A stretch of DNA of 64,000 nucleotides, taken from IMG/VR virus record IMGVR_UViG_3300017747_004610; one strand, written 5' to 3'. Below, one piece after another: positions 57,182 through 64,000 of this stretch; positions within the stretch are counted from its first letter, which is position 1; each line of letters opens with the position of its first letter. Under the pieces are notes generated by a model that saw only the letters and a program-made list of their open reading frames with translations, did no database searches and had not been told where the DNA came from. This DNA comes from an uncultured virus (IMG/VR IMGVR_UViG_3300017747_004610) (lineage: Duplodnaviria; Heunggongvirae; Uroviricota; Caudoviricetes). A program made the translations under genes and the position numbers.

Positions 57182-59304
57182 ATTATATTATAGTCTATAA
57201 CTAGATCGATAACGATTTCTTCTCCTTCCAAAGAAGTATTATTTCTACTTGTTTCGATAGTTATTTGATTATTTAGTTGGTCTATTATAACATTACCCAC
57301 ACCAGGTATACCCAATAATAAAGTACGAATTGTATCATACCATTGATTATCAGTAGGTACTTGGACTAATGATGTTGATGTAAAGAAATTTTGAGTTGCA
57401 ACTATCCCCGATGGATTTACCGAAACTTTTGCAGTAAATGTTGCACTTATTAAATCACAACTTGTATTTCCTGAGGTTAAATCAAAAAATCCTTCATTCA
57501 ACATTTGTAATAATCCAAATTTAGTTGGAGATTGAATGTTAAATACTTCAGCTCCCATGACATAAGTTTGATAGGAGGTAGAATTCGTATTACAAGTTAT
57601 GGTCGTATTTCTTGTTAATGAACATCCATTTGCATCCACCACAGTCAAAGAATAAGTACCTGCCGTCAAACCACTAACTTGAATTTGTTGTGGTTCGTTT
57701 GGTACATTATCAGACCAATTGAAACTAAATGGTGGTTCGCCTGAAGTAATGAATGCCGTGATTTTCCCACTTGACCCACTACCACAAGAAGTACTATATA
57801 ATGAATAATTTAATGATTGGCTACTTGGTACTAATATGTTTGTAGTTTGAATACATCCATCCGCATCGGTTACGGTAATAACATGAGTACCTGACGATAA
57901 ATTATTGAATGTTACCGCAGTTAAGTTTGTATCAATTACATTTTGGATTCCATCTACAGAGTAATCCAAAGGTAAAGTTGCACCTGTTGTTGTTAAAATT
58001 GTTACAGAACCGTTATTTTGATTACAACTAGTTCCTACAACCTGTGTTGAAATTGTAAATTTGTTTTGAGCAACTAAAGTTACCTCCTCTAAAAAAGAAC
58101 ATCCTGTATTGTCAGATACACCCACAGTGTAAGTACCCCCACTTAAATTTCCAAATATTTGAGTAGTTTGAGAATTACTAATATTCAGTTGATTCCCTGT
58201 CGGATAAATTAATGTATAAGTATATGGTGAAGTTCCTCCAACCAAATTAACAGTAATTGAACCGTTAGTACTAGAACAAGTTGAATTTTGTCCTTGAACA
58301 CTAACACTTGTTATCCCACCCGGAGTTTCAAGTGTTGTACCTGCGAACATTTGACATAGTCCTGCGTCTGTAACTTGGAAGTTATATTGACCAGCAGATA
58401 ATGATGAAATTGTAAACGTTCTTGAATAGGAAACTAAAACGTCTCCTGTAGAGGCTGAATAGTAAAAGGGTGCTGTTCCACCTGTGATGGTCATATTGAT
58501 GACCCCATTTGATTGGAGACAAGTTGGTGCAGTCGATGTAAATATTCCAAGACCGACCGGACTTACGTTGGTTATTGTCGCCGATTTAGATAAAATACAT
58601 CCGTAAGCATCGGTAACTTCAACAGAGTATGTACCCGAAGTTAATCCTGTAATCGTACTACCTGTCTGTGCATTACTCCATAGATAACTGTATGGTGCTT
58701 GTCCAGTTTGACCTGTTACAAAAATTTTACCTATTGGACTTCCACCACAACTTGAATTTGGCACAACATATAAACCAAAATCCAAAGGCTCCGATTCTTC
58801 AACTATAAATGTCTGAGTAAAAGCAGTGCATCCACCTAAATCTGTAACTCCCAAATAATAAGTTCCCGCACTCAATTGACCAAAAACCGCTTCATTTGTG
58901 TTTGTAGATGCTGAGGTAAGATAATTGTTATTTATATCATACAATGAAAAGTTTGTTGATGAATATAACGAAGTTGATGAACCTGTAACCGATCCATTAT
59001 TAACTCCACAAGTTGTATTTTGTACTGCGACAATCGAACCACAAACTCCACTTGACACTGGAATGTTTAGTAGAAACTCATTGTTAGTTGGTAAACTACT
59101 ATCATTTACCCTAACTTGATAAACATTACTTGCCAACCCAACTAAAGATGCTGGCTGAATTGTTATAGTTTGAGGGGCGTAAGATGGATTAAGGAACTGT
59201 ACTGTGTATGGAGGTGTCCCCGCACTAACGAATAAATTGAAAGCTCCTGAATTATTATTGGAACAATCACCAGTTACCGTTATGTTATAATTTAATGCTG
59301 CCAT
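57169..59304 (-). CDS. SprB-repeat-containing putative virion/adhesin protein
   Basis: Repeated C...G.I....GGT.PY.Y.W....L..GTY.V.V.DA.GC units. Confidence 0.8.
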   Translation of the reverse strand: MAALNYNITVTGDCSNNNSGAFNLFVSAGTPPYTVQFLNPSYAPQTITIQPASLVGLASNVYQVRVNDSSLPTNNEFLLNIPVSSGVCGSIVAVQNTTCGVNNGSVTGSSTSLYSSTNFSLYDINNNYLTSASTNTNEAVFGQLSAGTYYLGVTDLGGCTAFTQTFIVEESEPLDFGLYVVPNSSCGGSPIGKIFVTGQTGQAPYSYLWSNAQTGSTITGLTSGTYSVEVTDAYGCILSKSATITNVSPVGLGIFTSTAPTCLQSNGVINMTITGGTAPFYYSASTGDVLVSYSRTFTISSLSAGQYNFQVTDAGLCQMFAGTTLETPGGITSVSVQGQNSTCSSTNGSITVNLVGGTSPYTYTLIYPTGNQLNISNSQTTQIFGNLSGGTYTVGVSDNTGCSFLEEVTLVAQNKFTISTQVVGTSCNQNNGSVTILTTTGATLPLDYSVDGIQNVIDTNLTAVTFNNLSSGTHVITVTDADGCIQTTNILVPSSQSLNYSLYSTSCGSGSSGKITAFITSGEPPFSFNWSDNVPNEPQQIQVSGLTAGTYSLTVVDANGCSLTRNTTITCNTNSTSYQTYVMGAEVFNIQSPTKFGLLQMLNEGFFDLTSGNTSCDLISATFTAKVSVNPSGIVATQNFFTSTSLVQVPTDNQWYDTIRTLLLGIPGVGNVIIDQLNNQITIETSRNNTSLEGEEIVIDLVIDYNIICLT

Positions 59305-60665
59305 TAGTTATTAGTACAGTTTATACTTATATTTATCCCTGAATTCAAGGAAAGTGTCTCATTAATATTTCTTTCGGTACAAGTTAGACTTGTAATTGTT
59401 AACAAATTACCATTTAAGAAAAATGTAAATCCATAATCATATAGTTGTGGAAGATATTGTATTAAAGCATTTCTCCACATTGTATTAGTTGGTACATCAG
59501 TCAAACCATATCCAACATAGAATAATTCTTTAATTATTAAATCCCCACCAATCCTTAAATCAACATACCAATTACTTTCAACTGAATTCTGAATACAGTC
59601 ATTTAATGTTAACCCACTCTGTGCTAACATATTATTGACTCTATTTGATAAGATACTACTGAAATTACTAACATCAACATCTCCATTCAACCAAGGATAT
59701 ATGTTGAAGTCCGTATATTCAGTTGTACAGGTGTAATCAAAAATATTAGATATGATGAAACAAGGATCGACAGGTACAGGAATAAACTGACATCCTCTTT
59801 GTCTTCGATAAACAAACTTTTGTCTTTGGAATATTGAATTTTCCATTCTAACCCCCGTGTTCCATATTGTTGTTGCAGGAATCATTTGTTCCACCAACTT
59901 CATCCAATAAGGACCAATACCATTTACATAATCAATTAATTTTTGATAAGTATATTTGTTATTAGGTAACCCAACCGCACTTTCGGATTCAATGTACTTC
60001 CAAAAGATTGATTGTAATGTTGGATAACCTCCAGTTTTTCCATCAGTAATGTATTGACGGTTTCTAACATTAATCATGTTCTCCCAAAAAGTTTGAGAGA
60101 ATTCAAAAAACGTTTTCTTTTTTGGCTGTGGATTTACGAATGTAGAATCAACACCACCAGGTACAGGATATCCAACGGTTAGTCCTGATTCAGGAATTGG
60201 ATAGTCATATCTTCTTGATTGGTCCCAAACATCGTAAACTAAACCTTGTGCAGGATTTAAGAAAAGGTCTACGTTTTTAACATTCAAAACTAACTTTTCA
60301 TTGTCAACGAAATAATATGCATTATAATCCGCACTTGTTGAAACTCTGATTTTATCATCTTCTTCCAACCAAGATTTATTATTATCAACTACTTTTCTAA
60401 GTTTGAATCCTTCAGTCATAAACGGAAAGTCTCTAAACCTATTCAAGTAAGGTTGTCCATAAGTAAATGGTGCTAACTGTGTTTGAATATTAAAATTTTG
60501 GCCTGTGAATACTTGGCCAGTTACTGTAACTTCGTCAGGACTTCTATGTGATGGTGTTGATTCGTACCATCCAGCCCCTATTTGAAAGAAATAACTCTCT
60601 GTATTGACAGGAGCTTTCGGATATCCCTCCAAATCGACAGGATAATCATCTAGTCTTGTCGTCAC
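59304..60665 (-). CDS. Putative structural protein, C-terminal part of a gene interrupted by in-frame TAG at 60798-60800
   Basis: The frame stays open upstream of the track's GTG start back to 60797 (FGVQWASISGGTYVQNTPG...). Confidence 0.7.
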   Translation of the reverse strand: MTTRLDDYPVDLEGYPKAPVNTESYFFQIGAGWYESTPSHRSPDEVTVTGQVFTGQNFNIQTQLAPFTYGQPYLNRFRDFPFMTEGFKLRKVVDNNKSWLEEDDKIRVSTSADYNAYYFVDNEKLVLNVKNVDLFLNPAQGLVYDVWDQSRRYDYPIPESGLTVGYPVPGGVDSTFVNPQPKKKTFFEFSQTFWENMINVRNRQYITDGKTGGYPTLQSIFWKYIESESAVGLPNNKYTYQKLIDYVNGIGPYWMKLVEQMIPATTIWNTGVRMENSIFQRQKFVYRRQRGCQFIPVPVDPCFIISNIFDYTCTTEYTDFNIYPWLNGDVDVSNFSSILSNRVNNMLAQSGLTLNDCIQNSVESNWYVDLRIGGDLIIKELFYVGYGLTDVPTNTMWRNALIQYLPQLYDYGFTFFLNGNLLTITSLTCTERNINETLSLNSGINISINCTNN

Positions 60666-60797
60666 ATCTTGATACGTATTCGTGGAGGTAAACGCACTGA
60701 ATGTTTGTCCTTTTATCTTATACGTTGATCCAGGTATAAACCCTGGTGTATTTTGAACATATGTACCTCCTGAAATTGATGCCCACTGAACCCCAAA

Positions 60798-62291
60798 CTA
60801 GTCCATATTTATTTTTTGGTCTGCTAAATAAATGTGTTCATTAAACTCTATCAATGAATCAGGTGCACCTATTAATCTTAACATAAATTCAACAGACCTT
60901 CTCGTTCCTTTTGATTTGAACAAATAAGACGCGTTCAAAATTAGATTACGATAGAAAGCGTAATTCAATTCTGTTGGTGTTAGGGCTCTTGCATATCCTG
61001 GATATGTTGGAGTTGAAGTATTTCCGAATACCGAACTTAGAAAATCCTCGTTTGTTATTGGCGAAAAATTTGAACTCCATCCTAAAGTTTGTGCCAAGTT
61101 GACCAAAAGTTGTGATGGAATATCATTTGAAGGATTGTAACTAACAGAGTTCATATACGCCAACGCATCTATGAATTGTTTGATTTGGTCAAAACTTCTA
61201 CCGTAAATTTGAAATATCTTTTCAACTTTTTGTCCTAATGTATCAAATTCTTTTAAGGAATCAGTCACCAAAAATCTTGATATTAAATTTGTTTTGAATG
61301 AGTCCAAATTAATGGCTATCGCCTCAAGTTGACTTAAATAGTCTTCAAATAAAAATGATTTAATATCCAAGTTCCACGGTCCTTCTTTTGGCCATGTTAC
61401 TTGCTGATAATCCGTGAAAAATTGACCAGCCTCATTCTGTTGTGGAACTTGGAATACCGCAGTATATTCAGGTCTAATAAGTCGGTTGAGTAAGAACTTT
61501 TGAACCTCATCGAAATCTTCAGCGAAGATTCGGTCAACCACAAAATCATTTGGTCTGACTTGGAACTCTTCATTCGAAGTAGTTGCCGTAGTACCAAATG
61601 GTGAACCCGACACAATCAATTCAATAAATCCTGAAGATAATGTTTGTGAAGGTCTGAATGCAACAAGATTATAAATATTGTCATTAATCGCAACACAGTA
61701 ATCCAAATAGGTGTTATATAGATTCCTATAAGGAGAAACCGTAATCTCCCTTACTGATAAGTTTGTTGTTGCACTTAATGAATAATCAATATCAAATGGG
61801 TTATTGATTCTACTAGTATCTATTCTGAATGTAGTTTCATTTAATGTTGAATCGTAAGATATATTAGTTGCTGTCGCGCCAGTAACGAAATCCTCATTAT
61901 TGAACTGTATATCCAAAGATGCTGGAAATCTATGGATAATTTCAGTAATTGAAACTTGAAATCTCTTACTTAATGACCCATACATTGAAAAGTTTAGGAC
62001 CTGTGACACATCATAGTTCGGATATACTCTGAACTGTGTCGCCATTATTCTTCTACTCTCAGTTAAATCAGTAATATTTAGCCCCTCCAAACTTATAGGT
62101 TCAGAGAATGCTCCTACATTAAAGTCTCTAGTTACTCTTTCTGTAACCGAAGTTGTGAACTCAAAGTTACCTTGCGTAAGTCCTCCTCCTTCAACTGTTT
62201 GTAATCCTACAATATTGTCAGAGAAGGTTGCGGCTCCACTACCCGGCCGTGGTGGGTAAAAAAATTTAGTAGTACTTTGAGTCGTAGCCAT
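60798..62291 (-). CDS. Putative structural (baseplate wedge/tail-type) protein, N-terminal part
   Basis: IPSQLL..LAQTLGW, YLFKSKGTRRSVEFMLRLIG resemble baseplate-wedge/Tail_P2_I-like motifs; in frame with 59304-60797. Confidence 0.7.
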   Translation of the reverse strand: MATTQSTTKFFYPPRPGSGAATFSDNIVGLQTVEGGGLTQGNFEFTTSVTERVTRDFNVGAFSEPISLEGLNITDLTESRRIMATQFRVYPNYDVSQVLNFSMYGSLSKRFQVSITEIIHRFPASLDIQFNNEDFVTGATATNISYDSTLNETTFRIDTSRINNPFDIDYSLSATTNLSVREITVSPYRNLYNTYLDYCVAINDNIYNLVAFRPSQTLSSGFIELIVSGSPFGTTATTSNEEFQVRPNDFVVDRIFAEDFDEVQKFLLNRLIRPEYTAVFQVPQQNEAGQFFTDYQQVTWPKEGPWNLDIKSFLFEDYLSQLEAIAINLDSFKTNLISRFLVTDSLKEFDTLGQKVEKIFQIYGRSFDQIKQFIDALAYMNSVSYNPSNDIPSQLLVNLAQTLGWSSNFSPITNEDFLSSVFGNTSTPTYPGYARALTPTELNYAFYRNLILNASYLFKSKGTRRSVEFMLRLIGAPDSLIEFNEHIYLADQKINMD

Positions 62292-63199
62292 TAACTAGTT
62301 ATATTTGTAAAGTTTTTGCTGAAATCGATATTATTACCTCTACTTTGTCTAACCTCATAAAGAAGAGCATTAAATTGGTCTCTAATTTCGTATAGGTTGT
62401 ACTGTCTATAGATATTATCATTAGAGTCGTAGATAGTGTAGATACCATCATCAATAGACTTAGTTTGATTACCATATAGCGCAATAGCAAGAGAAGAAAT
62501 ATCGTACTCAACCATTTCAATCTCAATAGATACTGGATTGAAGAAGGTATTAGAAATAATAATATCTTGGTCATGCTGTCCGATGTACGGAGTTGCGTTT
62601 GGTTTGTTCGTTGGTGATGAAGATGGTGAAAGAGTTAGGAATATCAAATTTGAGTTTCCTTCAACATATCTATATCTAATCGCTTTTTGTGTTGTATTAA
62701 CTTCATTTGTCACAACAGGTTCACAGAAGAAACTTGATGTTACAACTCTGAAGAAATTAGGAATTTTCGACCCATCAGCGTTTAGATATTCAACTCTGAA
62801 TCCAACCAATCCTTGTGGAACAAATTTGTTTTGATATTGTGTTGGTACATCAGAAACGTCAATTATAATACCCTTAACGTTCGGTAATGCACTTAATACA
62901 CCACAATCACTAATTACCGTTCTAATCTCAGCAGGTCTAATATATAAAGTGTAAATCCCCAACGCGTTAAACTGATTTGCAGGTAGTGTTAAATTATAAA
63001 GGCCTCCCAAAACTTCAACACCTGCATTCCCCCCTGTTTCGGAGTTTGCGAAGTAAGGTCTTAATATTGTTTGTGCATCCAACTTTGTTAGGACAAACTG
63101 GTCTGTCACATCCCTTGTAGGTGTGTAATTCATAATGATATCAACATCCGCTGGTGAAACATCTGAAGGTCTTATTGTACCGTATGAGCCGATTGCCAT
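62291..63199 (-). CDS. Hypothetical putative structural protein
   Basis: 302-aa ORF, TAATG-coupled to the next gene, TATTTATA upstream. Confidence 0.75.
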   Translation of the reverse strand: MAIGSYGTIRPSDVSPADVDIIMNYTPTRDVTDQFVLTKLDAQTILRPYFANSETGGNAGVEVLGGLYNLTLPANQFNALGIYTLYIRPAEIRTVISDCGVLSALPNVKGIIIDVSDVPTQYQNKFVPQGLVGFRVEYLNADGSKIPNFFRVVTSSFFCEPVVTNEVNTTQKAIRYRYVEGNSNLIFLTLSPSSSPTNKPNATPYIGQHDQDIIISNTFFNPVSIEIEMVEYDISSLAIALYGNQTKSIDDGIYTIYDSNDNIYRQYNLYEIRDQFNALLYEVRQSRGNNIDFSKNFTNITS

Positions 63200-63215
63200 A
63201 TTCTCTTATTTAATT

Positions 63216-63223
63216 TATAAATA
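63216..63223 (-). promoter_or_regulatory. TATTTATA motif, candidate late promoter
   Basis: 16 nt upstream of ATG 63199. Confidence 0.45.
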
Positions 63224-63238
63224 CTTTATTTCCTTTTT

Positions 63239-64000
63239 TCAATTAATTCTTTCTTTATTAACTACGTTGAAAAATCCATATCCATAGTTAATCATATCTC
63301 CCAAGTTATCTACTTCACCTAACCTCATCACTCTTTCGTAAGCACTATTCTTTCCTCTTTCAACGAATATATTAGTTTGTATTTGTGCTTGGTCAATTAC
63401 TTTGAGTAAAACCTCATCTTTAGTGATAGGTTGTGCGGTCAAATTATTCGATGTTAACCCCGATGATTCTTGGAAGAATATTGTGGTCCCATCATTGTAA
63501 TCATAGTAATGAACTCCAGTAATTGTATAGGCAGTAAATACAGGATTTATATCTGAGATTGCCCCCCATATTTGTCCATAACTAATAACAGGTACACCAA
63601 CTTGAAATTTAGGACTACCATACAACGCCAATTCATTTACCCTAGATTTTGTATTGCCTGAAACCATGAATGGAATTGTAACATAGTTATTAGATGTCTG
63701 AGCCGAAACTACGTTCACCGCATCTCCCGAAAAAATGTAATCGTAAGATACAGGTGTCCCAATCCAATTTCCTGTGGATGGCGCAAAAAACGCTTCCCCC
63801 TGTGGATTATAAATTACAACATCAGTAAATGGAACATTGATTGTTTTCGATACCTTTGTTATACCCCAAGGATTAGTTTGTTCTAAAGTTATAGTATATT
63901 GTTTGGTCGCGGTTGGATAAGTATGACTTATTGAATTGGGGGCATAAGTTGTTATGGTTTGTTTCGGACTTCCGTCCCCCCAATCCACTCTATACACCGA
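63239..64000 (-). CDS. Putative structural protein with PKD-like domain (5' end outside window)
   Basis: VDWGDG...SHTY...YTITL...NPWG; frame open to the window edge. Confidence 0.7.
   Translation of the reverse strand, partial: SVYRVDWGDGSPKQTITTYAPNSISHTYPTATKQYTITLEQTNPWGITKVSKTINVPFTDVVIYNPQGEAFFAPSTGNWIGTPVSYDYIFSGDAVNVVSAQTSNNYVTIPFMVSGNTKSRVNELALYGSPKFQVGVPVISYGQIWGAISDINPVFTAYTITGVHYYDYNDGTTIFFQESSGLTSNNLTAQPITKDEVLLKVIDQAQIQTNIFVERGKNSAYERVMRLGEVDNLGDMINYGYGFFNVVNKERIN

Noticed and set aside
1..64000. Genome-wide stop-codon reassignment (TAG to Gln)
   Set aside because: Coding density is already near complete in the standard code; only one internal TAG was found, and TAG terminates other genes

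Overview
AT-rich (~30% GC by eye), densely packed window that reads as part of a large tailed dsDNA phage genome. This is inferred from virion-type genes, a fibre with a Peptidase_S74-like C-terminal chaperone, and the absence of cellular housekeeping genes; a Bacteroidota host is plausible but unproven. Both ends hold putative virion genes: a Thr/Pro-rich mucin-like protein at 1-1122, and a 1706-aa (Gly-Thr-Ser)n collagen-like fibre, an SprB-repeat protein and other structural-type ORFs at 51-64 kb. Between them lies about 49 kb of modification enzymes in three blocks. (1) A + strand glycosyltransferase/methyltransferase operon including an Aah/TibC-like protein O-glycosyltransferase fusion (1.4-6.7 kb). 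(2) A distinct - strand module (6.7-15.3 kb) centred on a circularly permuted ATP-grasp-like domain fused to three tandem Hint (intein-like) domains, followed by an uncalled 47-aa ORF, SET and RMT2/GAMT-like methyltransferases, four 2OG-Fe(II) oxygenases, a radical SAM enzyme, an SDR and an SGNH protein; these ten enzymes all end in a similar C-terminal tag. (3) A ~35 kb nucleotide-sugar synthesis, tailoring and transfer cluster with ColD-like, Gmd/Fcl-like, TPP-dependent E1 alpha/beta, amidinotransferase, carbamoyltransferase, GT7/GT10-like/GT23-like/GT25 and LamG-fused enzymes. One structural gene is split by a single in-frame TAG. No rRNA, tRNA, CRISPR array or transposase was recognised. 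All family calls are by motif recognition, not database search.
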